From the IMG/VR virus record IMGVR_UViG_3300021197_001769: a stretch of 64,000 nt of DNA; one strand, written 5' to 3'. Source of the DNA: a virus. A program made the translations under genes and the position numbers. The notes beneath the pieces were generated by a model. That model ran no database searches and was not told the DNA's origin. It saw only the letters and a program-made list of their open reading frames with translations. Within the stretch, counting starts at the first letter, position 1; each line of letters starts with the position of its first letter. This document shows, in pieces, positions 38,424 to 48,510 of the stretch.

Positions 38424-38968
38424 TGTACTAATTTTACTTCACCGTCTTGAATAAATGTGTCTTGTACCGCTCGTTGAACCCAGGCTTCTGAAACTGTGAT
38501 AACTTTGAGGCGACGTCTTGCTGAGTCTTCGACAAAGTATTGTTCTCCGTTGACGGGTCCAACTGTCGTCTTATTTCTAATATATTTTGTCGAATAATAC
38601 TCAGGTTTAGATCTGTATTTTTCGACGATGTATTTGCAGTCTCTAGGGTAGTATTTATAGAAACCACCATTGATTTTATATCTTTCATTGTGTGTATCTC
38701 TCCACCAGGCTGGTATACTTAAAAATTCTCCTCTATTGATAGGGTAATTAAATAACTCCATATAATCATTATGTAATTCAATATCAACATCTATTACGCA
38801 TATAGGTTCGTTTATGTCTAATTCCATAAACCTTAATTTATTCCATTGCAGAATAAAAGGATGTTCTTCTTTATTTAGAAATTCAATGCTTGGTAATTTA
38901 TTTTTTAAATAGGTTTCATATTCAGGACCGTACTTGGTACCTACCCTAACTGCATATACTTTGACCAT
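38399..38968 (-). CDS. Glycosyltransferase-like protein (GT-A, DxD)
   Basis: VRVGTKYGPEY, WNKL, IDVDI, INGG, GEQYFV. Confidence 0.65.
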   Translation of the reverse strand: MVKVYAVRVGTKYGPEYETYLKNKLPSIEFLNKEEHPFILQWNKLRFMELDINEPICVIDVDIELHNDYMELFNYPINRGEFLSIPAWWRDTHNERYKINGGFYKYYPRDCKYIVEKYRSKPEYYSTKYIRNKTTVGPVNGEQYFVEDSARRRLKVITVSEAWVQRAVQDTFIQDGEVKLVHYSWQPTK

Positions 38969-39504
38969 GGACCATCCTCTAACATTTTTTCGCCAGCTTG
39001 ATTAAAAATTATAACAGGCCACTTTTCATCAAAACCATGCCAGTTGTAACTTGTACAGACAGGATCATAAGTTTCATACACCATATCTAATTCGTAAATA
39101 TATTGATCTATGCCTTTATAATTTAACATATAATAATCTGAGTTAGCTGCAAATGTGTTATAATAAAAACTATAGTCACCTTTCCAAGACATTATAGATG
39201 AATTTAATGGAGTATGATGAGCAGTTCTCCACCAAGCATGTAGTAAAGTAAAGTTATCTCTTACCAAGTGTTCGACATTATCTTTTATACAAACATCTAA
39301 ATCGAAATATAAGTAAGGACCGTTTTTAAAGTCTCTAAATAATTGAAGTTTATTCCACACGCCATCATATTGCTCATCTCTTATTATGTGTATTTTATCA
39401 TACCTAGTACCAGTATTAGATAACATATAAACTATATTATCAACATATTTTTCTGAATATTTGTTTCCAGTATTAACTAATAATATGTCTAGTAAGGTTC
39501 CCAA
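38941..39504 (-). CDS. Glycosyltransferase-like protein (GT-A, GT8-like)
   Basis: GNKYSEKYV, WNKLQLF, YFDLDV, LNSSIMSW, GIDQYI. Confidence 0.75.
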   Translation of the reverse strand: MGTLLDILLVNTGNKYSEKYVDNIVYMLSNTGTRYDKIHIIRDEQYDGVWNKLQLFRDFKNGPYLYFDLDVCIKDNVEHLVRDNFTLLHAWWRTAHHTPLNSSIMSWKGDYSFYYNTFAANSDYYMLNYKGIDQYIYELDMVYETYDPVCTSYNWHGFDEKWPVIIFNQAGEKMLEDGPWSKYMQLG

Positions 39505-39824
39505 TTATCCGTCTCATCATCATGCCACCCCATTGCTAATTTTACATCATCGCTTACTCTTGACATATCAAATGGAGGATCAAAAGTAGTAATAACTTCA
39601 CAATCTTTTACACCAGGAGAGTTAATTACTGCTTTCTTTATTTCTTTTATTATCCAATCGGCTGCAGGACAAAAAGCAGAAGTTAATGTATGTGTTAGAG
39701 TCACAAAGGGTAATTTTTCTAAATTGATATCGTATATTAAACCTAAGTCATATATGTTAATAGATATTTCAGGGTCGTAAACTTCTTTTAGTCTACTTAT
39801 TATTTGTTCTTTAATTACTTCCAT
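39489..39824 (-). CDS. Fe-S maturation factor, DUF59/SufT/PaaD family
   Basis: LKEVYDPEISINIYDLGLIYDI...TLTSAFCPAA...FDPP. Confidence 0.9.
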   Translation of the reverse strand: MEVIKEQIISRLKEVYDPEISINIYDLGLIYDINLEKLPFVTLTHTLTSAFCPAADWIIKEIKKAVINSPGVKDCEVITTFDPPFDMSRVSDDVKLAMGWHDDETDNWEPY

Positions 39825-40441
39825 TTTCCTACCACTATAAATCTTCTATAATCTTCGAACCATATTCTATCACCATGTAGCATATGAATATCATTATCTT
39901 TAGCTAACTGAACAGCACTCTCTTTACAATTAATATGATCTGGTTCATCTACTTTATCATTACTAGTAATCATAAGTAGAGTTCTTTCTGGTGCTATGAA
40001 TACTTTTTTCATATTACCAAAGTCGTCCATATGCTCACAACTAGTATTAATAATTATATGAGCTCTTCTTTCGTTTGTATCTTCAAACCAATCTTGATTG
40101 AATATATTAATTTCAAAAGCTGGTTTAAATATATCTATATACTTTCTTAGTACAGTGCAAGCGAAATCATCTAATTCATAAAAATTAATTTTTCTTATTG
40201 GTATATCTAAAAACTTAACTAACATACCTATAAGAGGCCAACCAAACCAGCCTCCTACTATCTCTATAGTTACTTCACCATTCTCATCTGTAGGTATAAC
40301 TATATTTTTATCTTTAAGACCATAAAATAATTGTTGTTTAGATTTCTGTTGATTCTCAGATACTGATTGAACGAATCTATCTATCTTATCCGGATGATTA
40401 TAATAGAACCACTTAAGCATATTAGCGTATTCAATTTGCAT
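39815..40441 (-). CDS. Class I SAM-dependent methyltransferase-like protein
   Basis: IVGGWFG motif I, YELD, IINTSCEHM, DHINC, RFIVVG. Confidence 0.7.
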   Translation of the reverse strand: MQIEYANMLKWFYYNHPDKIDRFVQSVSENQQKSKQQLFYGLKDKNIVIPTDENGEVTIEIVGGWFGWPLIGMLVKFLDIPIRKINFYELDDFACTVLRKYIDIFKPAFEINIFNQDWFEDTNERRAHIIINTSCEHMDDFGNMKKVFIAPERTLLMITSNDKVDEPDHINCKESAVQLAKDNDIHMLHGDRIWFEDYRRFIVVGKWK

Positions 40442-40847
40442 TACTACCCTTTACTATGTACCACTTATCTATATTATAGTTAAAATCTACTTTAGTTATT
40501 TCGTTATCGAGAATAATTTGATCACAACTAGTTGTAGGGTTACAATCGCCATTATGCTGATCGTTATCTCCTATAACAATCATATCACCTTTATATACTT
40601 TACCTATAGGATAGTGCTTTTCAGTATTAAAATCAACTACTAATTCGTTAAAGGTTATATTATCGAATATAGCATCTCTTGGATTCTCAAACTTAGGATC
40701 ATAATCTACAACGTCTAGATCTATTCCTAATCCTTTGACTTCTCTTATTAATCGTGGTCTCTCATTACTAGCTATAAAAGTTACTGATTCATAACCTCCA
40801 TCTATAATAGCATTTAGTAATAACTTTTCCACATCTCTTCTGCCCAT
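40431..40847 (-). CDS. Hypothetical protein, possibly a reduced methyltransferase-fold paralog
   Basis: DYDP, VVDFNTEKH, GDCNP and WYIVKG loosely parallel the motifs of 39815..40441. Confidence 0.45.
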   Translation of the reverse strand: MGRRDVEKLLLNAIIDGGYESVTFIASNERPRLIREVKGLGIDLDVVDYDPKFENPRDAIFDNITFNELVVDFNTEKHYPIGKVYKGDMIVIGDNDQHNGDCNPTTSCDQIILDNEITKVDFNYNIDKWYIVKGSNAN

Positions 40848-41539
40848 CCTTTTGCCTCATCTAATTCAAATGCTTGCTCTGTTATACCTTTGTTATAAAG
40901 TATATGTGAAGTATTGAATATACTCATCCTACCTTTTTTCTGAAACCACTCTCTATTGTAGTTACTTACTATACCTTCATCCCAGAAATCCATCAACCCT
41001 TTTCTATGAGCTTGATAAAATAAAAACTTATCTAAAGACTTATAAGTGAAGAAAGCTTTTTCTTCGTTATCTTTAAGTAAGTTGTATAAGTATCTACCTT
41101 TATCACCTTCCCACATAACGAAAGAAGAATTGACATGACATGATACACCTTTACCATACCATCTTTCAGATCTCTCTTTATAATTGTTCCAGTAGTTCCA
41201 TATAAATTTAGGTCTAGGAAAATCTAAATCTAATAAATCATCTATATTTGAATGTATAAGTATATCTAAATCTAACCAACAATTTTTACCTTCTACGAAT
41301 TTGTCGAATAAGACGAGTTTTTCTCTTGTAAAGATTTGATTTTTTGGATGAGGAAAAGGATCGAAGCTGGTATAATCGATACAATTGATACTAGAATCAA
41401 TCCCGTGAAAATTATCAGAAATAAGATTAAGTACGAAAGACTTACTACAGTGGTGCCGTAAAGAACCGTAAAGTCTGTTGACGTATTCCGGGCCATATTT
41501 TTCTCCCCATTTAAATGTATAGAAGTTTATTTCGGCCAT
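40814..41539 (-). CDS. Glycosyltransferase-like protein (GT-A, DxD)
   Basis: FKWGEKYGPEYVNRLY, EKLVLF, LDLDI, VNSSFVMW. Confidence 0.75.
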   Translation of the reverse strand: MAEINFYTFKWGEKYGPEYVNRLYGSLRHHCSKSFVLNLISDNFHGIDSSINCIDYTSFDPFPHPKNQIFTREKLVLFDKFVEGKNCWLDLDILIHSNIDDLLDLDFPRPKFIWNYWNNYKERSERWYGKGVSCHVNSSFVMWEGDKGRYLYNLLKDNEEKAFFTYKSLDKFLFYQAHRKGLMDFWDEGIVSNYNREWFQKKGRMSIFNTSHILYNKGITEQAFELDEAKGWAEEMWKSYY

Positions 41540-42582
41540 AGTGCATGACCAGTACCTAATTTACGTTTAGGTATTTTACTATCTGCAGATGATACACAAG
41601 TATCTGTAGAACATATTTTAGGGCCGTCAAACAATTTAAATCCTTTATGAATATAACCTAAAGGTTTATCATTACAACTATAGCTTCTTTTTACGCTACC
41701 GTCTGGCTCTCTAATAATTATAGATCTATAACCTGATGAACATTCCCAACCTTTAAATCTATTAAAGTTAAAAGCATTAAATCTCTCAGCTTGATCCATC
41801 CACCATTCTTTTCCTTTACTGTCTTTCATGACAACTTGAAAAATTTGTTTACCGTCTATATTCTGAGGCATACCGTTATGAAGCAACTCTAACATTTCAT
41901 CAGTGTAACCATCCACAACAAATGAAGCAGTAGGGTCTGATTGAGGTTTAAGTGTAACGTTAATATCTTTTTCAGCAAAGTATTGAGCATCTTCCCAACA
42001 TTGCCAGAATGTATCAACTAACATAACTTGATTAATAGTTAATTTAACTCCATTGTCTTGTAAATAAACTAACTTGTCTCTAAACTCTTCTAACTTAGCT
42101 TCAGTGTTAACATGCTCTCTATGACAAGAAGCTGTAATAGAAGCTCTTTGAAATTTATTAGCTGATTTAAGATATCTATCCCACCAAGGTCCTTTCCTTG
42201 ATAAGTTAGTTGTCATATGTATTGAAGTATAATTGCAATTATCAGCGTCATCAGCAAGATGCTCGAGTATTTCCAAATACCCTGGATGAAAAGTAGGTTC
42301 ACCGCCACTAAGTGAAAAATGAAATGAATTAAACCCATTGTCCCTCGCTTGTCTTTTTATTTCGTCTATAGTCATTAAACATAATTCAGTATCTCTATGA
42401 TCTTTAGTTCTACTTGAAGCATAAGGCCAGCAATATGAACATGAATAATTACAAAATCTTCCTAGTAGCCATGATACAGTAAACAGGTCTTTAACTACCA
42501 TACTATGCTGACCTACCATTTCTATATCTTCAAATGGTATAGCATTAAAATCATAATCACTGAGAGTTGAAATAGAATTCAT
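41527..42582 (-). CDS. Radical SAM protein with C-terminal auxiliary-cluster domain
   Basis: CNYSCSYC, SGGEPT, TTN; C-terminal C..G...SC...C....C. Confidence 0.92.
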   Translation of the reverse strand: MNSISTLSDYDFNAIPFEDIEMVGQHSMVVKDLFTVSWLLGRFCNYSCSYCWPYASSRTKDHRDTELCLMTIDEIKRQARDNGFNSFHFSLSGGEPTFHPGYLEILEHLADDADNCNYTSIHMTTNLSRKGPWWDRYLKSANKFQRASITASCHREHVNTEAKLEEFRDKLVYLQDNGVKLTINQVMLVDTFWQCWEDAQYFAEKDINVTLKPQSDPTASFVVDGYTDEMLELLHNGMPQNIDGKQIFQVVMKDSKGKEWWMDQAERFNAFNFNRFKGWECSSGYRSIIIREPDGSVKRSYSCNDKPLGYIHKGFKLFDGPKICSTDTCVSSADSKIPKRKLGTGHALWPK

Positions 42583-43327
42583 ATTGCTGCTCTCCTATTG
42601 TATTTTTTATTACATCTTTATTAATAGTATTCTTAATTTTGCTTTCAATTATTTTATATTCTTTTTCAGCATTTTCTGCTCTAAATGACATTCTATCTAA
42701 TTTTTCTTTATAGTCAATATCGTATTCCATTTCTTTTAACTTTTGATGTACTCTAGCTAACATTTTAGATACTCTTCCATAAGGAGGGGATTGTAGATAA
42801 GCAAAAGGGTCTCTATTAATTCTTAAAGCATCAAGACCTACTACCCATAATTTACCTTTTTTATCTATCAAAGCTCTTTCGTCAAAGTAATCATTTAATC
42901 CCATATACATCATACCTTGATGAGGATTAGTCGATCCTTTATCTTTATACATTTCTTTAATATAAGGAGCTCCAACAGTGTAAATCATATAAGGTACAAA
43001 ATTAAAAGCCCAAAAATAATATTCAACAACTTGACTTACTGATGTATTAATAATAGGGTGTTTATATTCTGTACCAAAGTAATGACTAGCTTGCATAGCG
43101 TTAGGTATAAATTTATAAGCAACTTGAGCAGTTGAACCTTGTCTTTCCCATGCAAGTAATTTAGGAAAAAAATCTAACTTATCAATATACTCTTTCATAA
43201 ATTCTTTTTGCATATCAAATTTACGTATTTGATTATCGGTATGTAATTGGTATCGTTTAGCACAGTAACCTTTTTTCTCATTTATTTCTAATAAGTTTAA
43301 TTTAATTTCATTCCATTTGTCTGGCAT
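42557..43327 (-). CDS. Hypothetical protein, possibly a degenerate kinase-like fold
   Basis: AKRY...FPKLL...YKFI...ND....LID..GKLWVVGLD weakly resembles APH/protein-kinase subdomains. Confidence 0.4.
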   Translation of the reverse strand: MPDKWNEIKLNLLEINEKKGYCAKRYQLHTDNQIRKFDMQKEFMKEYIDKLDFFPKLLAWERQGSTAQVAYKFIPNAMQASHYFGTEYKHPIINTSVSQVVEYYFWAFNFVPYMIYTVGAPYIKEMYKDKGSTNPHQGMMYMGLNDYFDERALIDKKGKLWVVGLDALRINRDPFAYLQSPPYGRVSKMLARVHQKLKEMEYDIDYKEKLDRMSFRAENAEKEYKIIESKIKNTINKDVIKNTIGEQQYEFYFNSQ

Positions 43328-43328
43328 A

Positions 43329-44351
43329 TTAACTCCACTGCGCTGTAAAAGGGTCGAATACCTTATTACATTTTATAGCGCATACTTCTAATTTGTTTTC
43401 ACCTTGCCAAGCTCTTTCAATAGATTCTAAAAAACCTGATTCCATAACTTCTTTAGTAGAAGTTTCTAATGCTGATATATTATACTTCTTTATATGGTCC
43501 CATATTTGTGTAGACTCTTTAGGTAAATACCACTTATACATTTGACCTGCTGTCCAACAACAAGGTAAAATAAAACCTTCAGCACTTATATACAGTTCTT
43601 TTTTTTCTACACACTTAGGACAAACTTTTTCTTCTTTAATTATTTTTTTAATATCAAAATCTTTTTGTAGCTCTTTATTTCTCCACTTAGGATTTGTAGG
43701 TTCAGATAATAAAGAACTTAAACCTTTTCTAAAAACTGCTTGATGTTTAGTTTTTCTTTCTTGATTAGCTGTAATATATCTACCTGACTTCTTAGGTATA
43801 AATTTATTAACACCTAATAACTTAGAATACTTTTCTGCTTCTTCTACTTGGTGTTCATTGTAATTAAAAACTAAAAAAGTCCAATCAGCTTTGCCTCCTG
43901 CAGAAGTAAATGCATCTAAGTTCTCTTCTACATGCTGCCATTTTACTCCTTGTCTATAATGATGATTAGTATCTTCTAAACCATCTATAGAAAAATTAAC
44001 ATGTACATCGTATTGAGCTAATTCTTCCCACCATTCAACTTTTCTAGCTCCACCGTTAGTAGTCATACCTAGTTTAAGATAAGGATTGCATTCTCTTAGA
44101 TACTTAAACATTTCTAAACATTCAGGAGCAAAGATAGGATCACCATGATTACCACACATGTATAATGTATTGAGTTGCTGTACAAATTCTTTAGGTAGTA
44201 TGTGCTTAACTTGATCTGCTGTAAGAGACTTATTTTTTAAGAACTGGTTTACATCACCTCCGTTTTTATTTCTATCACACATAGGGCAAGATGCTTGACA
44301 GAGTTGAGTAGGCTCTAAGTGTATTTGTCTTATATCTTCATACTTATACAT
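43329..44351 (-). CDS. Radical SAM/SPASM-like protein
   Basis: CQASCPMC, GNHGDP, TNGG, FSIDG, PCC, C...C. Confidence 0.92.
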   Translation of the reverse strand: MYKYEDIRQIHLEPTQLCQASCPMCDRNKNGGDVNQFLKNKSLTADQVKHILPKEFVQQLNTLYMCGNHGDPIFAPECLEMFKYLRECNPYLKLGMTTNGGARKVEWWEELAQYDVHVNFSIDGLEDTNHHYRQGVKWQHVEENLDAFTSAGGKADWTFLVFNYNEHQVEEAEKYSKLLGVNKFIPKKSGRYITANQERKTKHQAVFRKGLSSLLSEPTNPKWRNKELQKDFDIKKIIKEEKVCPKCVEKKELYISAEGFILPCCWTAGQMYKWYLPKESTQIWDHIKKYNISALETSTKEVMESGFLESIERAWQGENKLEVCAIKCNKVFDPFTAQWS

Positions 44352-44886
44352 ACATTAACCTTGTACTAAATCTCATTTGATTCATAATAAAATTATTCAA
44401 ATCAAGTCTTGCATGCCTAAAAAAGCCATCTGGTTCAATTAGTCTTAAGTTTAATAATTCTTTTTTAGTTCCTTTTGTTGAAACTGTAGACGGGTAAACA
44501 TCTCTAGTTTGTAATAGCATATTAGTAGGGTTCATATCTCCATGAACAAAGTAGTGGCCATATTCATTATAATATGTTAGACTACCTCTCATTAATTCGT
44601 AATAGTATAATAGTACTGCATTTAATTCTTTCTTAGTACAAGTTCTAAAATGAACCGATTCACCTTTTACATACTCCATTACAATTCTATTAGATGTTAC
44701 TTCATAAACTTCACATATAGAAGGAACTATTTCTCTGTATCTTTTATATCTCTCAAACCAAATATCACCTAATTGATTATTGTATAAAGCATGACCATGA
44801 ATATCTTTTGCACCTTTAAAAGTTTTAATAACAATATCGTTATCTAATTCTACTTTCTGTATATCGTTTTCAGATAATAACATCAT
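44344..44886 (-). CDS. Kinase-like protein (APH/protein kinase fold)
   Basis: VIK, IVMEYVKG, catalytic HGDMNPTNML, LIEPD. Confidence 0.65.
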   Translation of the reverse strand: MMLLSENDIQKVELDNDIVIKTFKGAKDIHGHALYNNQLGDIWFERYKRYREIVPSICEVYEVTSNRIVMEYVKGESVHFRTCTKKELNAVLLYYYELMRGSLTYYNEYGHYFVHGDMNPTNMLLQTRDVYPSTVSTKGTKKELLNLRLIEPDGFFRHARLDLNNFIMNQMRFSTRLMYV

Positions 44887-45614
44887 TGAGGTTTGCTACA
44901 TTTCAATTCGGGGTTACCATATTCAAGCATTTCAAAGCCCCATTCTCTCTCAAAGCACCAAAAACATTTACCACAATGATGACCAGTAAAGTTATCTGGT
45001 TCTTCACAAGACCAAGTTAAAGGATATAGTTCTTCAAATACACCATAATCTCTATAAGTTTGAGCTACACCTTTCTTATCAGTTTCATGAAACTGATCAT
45101 TATATGAGAAGTCTTTTTTACCATTATGCCATTTAACTAAATCTTTATTGTATCCACTATTGACATCTCTATTAGGATCTCTTCTACATTCTCCTACTTG
45201 CTCATCATACCACTTATTAAACTCATCAGGAGGATTAGTAGTAGTTGCAGATACTAATGATTGAATTTTACTAGCGTCTTTTAACTCTGTTACTATATCT
45301 CTTTGTCCTTGAATATAACCTTTGGCTCTACTATAACCAGTTTCTGGGTCGTAAGTTAAAGAGCCATCTACATATCTTACAATATGTTCTACTGGCCACA
45401 CACCTAACTTATTGCCTGTATATTCAATAACTTGTTGTGCATAATAATTGTATAGTCTTTTACTAGTAGTAATAACTGTAACAGCATATAAGTCTATGTT
45501 CTTATCTTTTATAAAATCACATAAAGCATAATACATTATAGATGAGTCTGCGCCTCCTGATATTTTACACGCAACTCCTTTAGTTCCTTCTGGGAAGGTG
45601 AAACTAAGAGACAT
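44883..45614 (-). CDS. QueC-like PP-loop ATP pyrophosphatase
   Basis: ISGGADS PP-loop; TWSCE...HCGKCFWCFER zinc site. Confidence 0.8.
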   Translation of the reverse strand: MSLSFTFPEGTKGVACKISGGADSSIMYYALCDFIKDKNIDLYAVTVITTSKRLYNYYAQQVIEYTGNKLGVWPVEHIVRYVDGSLTYDPETGYSRAKGYIQGQRDIVTELKDASKIQSLVSATTTNPPDEFNKWYDEQVGECRRDPNRDVNSGYNKDLVKWHNGKKDFSYNDQFHETDKKGVAQTYRDYGVFEELYPLTWSCEEPDNFTGHHCGKCFWCFEREWGFEMLEYGNPELKCSKPQ

Positions 45615-46773
45615 ATTTAAATTCCTCCACTAGGTTGTATAATGACTCGTCTCTAGATTTATCTAGAGTGTCGGTATAGTTTTTAAATTTAGGAAGTAGA
45701 TGAGACCAATCTTCTTTATACATGTAGTCCGCGATGCTATCTTTCTTTCTAATAACTATATCATAATTTTTTTCTAAGTACAAAGCAGCTCTATCTTTGA
45801 GCTCTTCTGGTAATACTCTTATATTTAACTGTTCGGGATGGTTAAGTATATTCAAGTAAACAGGTATACCTAAAGGATTAAGATAATCAAACAGTTCATG
45901 CAATCTAAGAATATTATAAATTTGAACAGTACAATGAACTTCTAATCTAACATTTTTCATATTTCTAAAACGTTTTAGATTCTCATCTATCTTCTTCCAT
46001 GAACTAGGATATCTAATATACCTATCTAATTCACCAAACGCATCAACTGAAGCATTAAGTTTTACTTGCTTAAAGTGTTTCCAGTAGTCAACTAACTTAT
46101 CAGGTATGTTAGTTAAATTAGTATTATACTTTAATTTTATATTATGTGCAAGTCCTTTTTCAATTAAACTATCATATAGTTGATATTGTTGTTTAATTAA
46201 TGTAGGCTCACCCCCTGTAAGATATATTTCTTCTATATCTAATCTATGCTTATCTATTTGGTCCCATAAGAAAGGTTCATCTGGCCAAGTCATATTCTTT
46301 AGATACTTAAGTCTATCTTCAGGTAGCTTTTTATCTTCATCTGCTATTAGATTCCATTCTTTAGTCCACATACTTGACGCGTAAGGGTTACACATTCTAC
46401 ATTTCAGGTTACATAAATTACCTAATCTTAAATCTAAATATTTTACTTTAATAGGTGGTTTAGTACTCTTTTTAAAGTCAAACATATATCTATTATTAGC
46501 AGACTGTCTAGCTGATTCTACACCAGCTTGTTCTTCTCTGTAACATCTTTTACATATTCTAGATTTTTTCCCTCTTAGCATTTTATCTCTAAGATTAATC
46601 ATATATTCAGAGTACCACATTTCTTCAATAGTATCTTCTACTACATTGTAATGTGTACCATCAGGTTTAGTTATAGTAGTACCTTGAGCAATATTACAAC
46701 AAGGTCTATATTTACCTGTTGAAGTTGTAGCAATATGCATCCACGGTAATATACAGAACGATTTATTCTTCAT
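45604..46773 (-). CDS. Radical SAM protein with N-terminal Twitch/SPASM-like domain
   Basis: CILPW...PCC...CKRC, then CNLKCRMC and TGGEP. Confidence 0.92.
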   Translation of the reverse strand: MKNKSFCILPWMHIATTSTGKYRPCCNIAQGTTITKPDGTHYNVVEDTIEEMWYSEYMINLRDKMLRGKKSRICKRCYREEQAGVESARQSANNRYMFDFKKSTKPPIKVKYLDLRLGNLCNLKCRMCNPYASSMWTKEWNLIADEDKKLPEDRLKYLKNMTWPDEPFLWDQIDKHRLDIEEIYLTGGEPTLIKQQYQLYDSLIEKGLAHNIKLKYNTNLTNIPDKLVDYWKHFKQVKLNASVDAFGELDRYIRYPSSWKKIDENLKRFRNMKNVRLEVHCTVQIYNILRLHELFDYLNPLGIPVYLNILNHPEQLNIRVLPEELKDRAALYLEKNYDIVIRKKDSIADYMYKEDWSHLLPKFKNYTDTLDKSRDESLYNLVEEFKYVS

Positions 46774-47464
46774 AGACAAGCCTTTGTTTTCTTAGTTTAA
46801 GTGCAGTAGCAATAAAGTTAAACTTTTTACCTTTTACAAATTTACCTAGATCTCTTTTTCTATCTAGCTCTTTAAATATATCTTCTGTTAGTTTACATTT
46901 AACTAACTTTATGTTATTCTTTAACTCTGAATTAGTAAATCTAATATACATTAAAGGATCACCTCTTTCTACTTTAAGTATATCATTAGTTCTATTAAAC
47001 TGAAAGCCCCAAGATACATTTCTAACCCAACTGTGTATATTGAAACTACCTCCTATGATTTGACCGGGGTACGAGTGGTTAAACGGGGGCATTATATCCA
47101 TTAGAGTAGGTTGATCAGCTATAAACAAATATTTGAAAGCCATTTGAAAGAAAGGTTTGTCTCTATCATGCATATCATTAGATGAATGATAACTAACTAT
47201 TCTATTCATTTCATGATCATCTACTTGATTTGATTCTACTTTTACTTCACCTTTACTACTAGTAGCAGTAAATTGTATAGGAGATTTTATTACGTAAGTA
47301 TTAGAAAAAAAGTTTTGATAAGAAGGACAATGCATATAACCTTGCTTATTATAACCTCTCCAAGCATTATAATTATCTACATATCTTTCTGGTGGATAGA
47401 TAATATAATCATGTAGATTATTATCTGGATAACACCAACCTATCTGTTCTTTACTACTTCCCAT
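46763..47464 (-). CDS. Hypothetical protein
   Basis: CP......YVIKSP...PPF...G.FNI.SW.R...GDPLMY; overlaps both neighbours in the operon. Confidence 0.6.
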   Translation of the reverse strand: MGSSKEQIGWCYPDNNLHDYIIYPPERYVDNYNAWRGYNKQGYMHCPSYQNFFSNTYVIKSPIQFTATSSKGEVKVESNQVDDHEMNRIVSYHSSNDMHDRDKPFFQMAFKYLFIADQPTLMDIMPPFNHSYPGQIIGGSFNIHSWVRNVSWGFQFNRTNDILKVERGDPLMYIRFTNSELKNNIKLVKCKLTEDIFKELDRKRDLGKFVKGKKFNFIATALKLRKQRLVYEE

Positions 47465-48510
47465 TGTTCTTCTCCGTTCCTTAATAATGTTATAGCGCTA
47501 TCTCTATTTCCTGCTCCAGTACATTTTCTTGCACATATAGGATTAGGTTTATCTGATTCCCAACTTTCCATTAAACCTGTTAAAAAAGGACTAGTATCAA
47601 AAAATTCTTCTGCAGAAATATTATGTAAGTTATCTAAAGGATCTATTGTTCTATGTTGGAAACCAAAATAGCAACACGGTTGTGCAAATCCATCATGGTT
47701 AACGAATAACCACCCTTTTCTGCCATCTAGTCTTTTTAACGCTTTACAATGAATTTTAGGTTTAGATCCATCATTAAGTGTCTTTTTAGGTTGACCCGGA
47801 GGTGCTTTAACCGAACCAAATGCTTTAGAGTTAATAGGCTTCTTGCCTTTTATTAACTTAGGTACAAAGTTCATTCCTAATTTTTCTGTAGATTTTCTAG
47901 CTGAAGCTATATAAGTAAATCTATGAAAACCCATTTCAACAGCCATCTTATTAGCTTCTTTAACTTGATTATAATTATGGTTAAACATAATAAACTTCCA
48001 TGAAGCTAATCCTCCAGCTGCTATAAATGCTTTAGCGTTTCTCATAAGTTTATTCCAATCAGCTCCTACTCTATAGATATGATTAGTATCTTCTAGACCA
48101 TCAATAGCAAACTCAACATCTAATCTTTTATCACCATTAGGTCTTTTATACTTGTTAGATATCTCCCCTATCCTAGTAAAGAACTTCTCATTTCTAGTAG
48201 CACCATTAGTACTAATTGAAATTCTTGTACTAGGAAATTCTTCTATTAAGTATTCAATAATTTTATCTGCTTCAGGATGTATTAATGGTTCGTCAATCTG
48301 ACCTGAAAAACTAATTATTGCAAGCTTTGGTAAAGTTTCAATAGTAAACCATTTCTTAATATCTTCTAAATGCATATAATTAGTATTAAGGAATGGAAGA
48401 GCAGCTGGATTAGCTAGTCTTTCGCATCCAGGGCAAGCTAAATTACAATAAGAAGTTAACTCTAATTGTAGTTTTTCAGTTTCTTTTGCTCCTATTGGCC
48501 ACTTAAGCAT
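47440..48510 (-). CDS. Radical SAM/SPASM-like protein
   Basis: CNLACPGC, STNG, FAIDGLEDTNHIYR, PCC, CARKC; paralog of 43329..44351. Confidence 0.92.
   Translation of the reverse strand: MLKWPIGAKETEKLQLELTSYCNLACPGCERLANPAALPFLNTNYMHLEDIKKWFTIETLPKLAIISFSGQIDEPLIHPEADKIIEYLIEEFPSTRISISTNGATRNEKFFTRIGEISNKYKRPNGDKRLDVEFAIDGLEDTNHIYRVGADWNKLMRNAKAFIAAGGLASWKFIMFNHNYNQVKEANKMAVEMGFHRFTYIASARKSTEKLGMNFVPKLIKGKKPINSKAFGSVKAPPGQPKKTLNDGSKPKIHCKALKRLDGRKGWLFVNHDGFAQPCCYFGFQHRTIDPLDNLHNISAEEFFDTSPFLTGLMESWESDKPNPICARKCTGAGNRDSAITLLRNGEEQWEVVKNR

Noticed and set aside
44883-45614. Calling this gene queC with a 7-deazaguanine DNA-modification pathway
   Set aside because: Only the fold motifs are evident and no partner genes are in the window, so no symbol was assigned.
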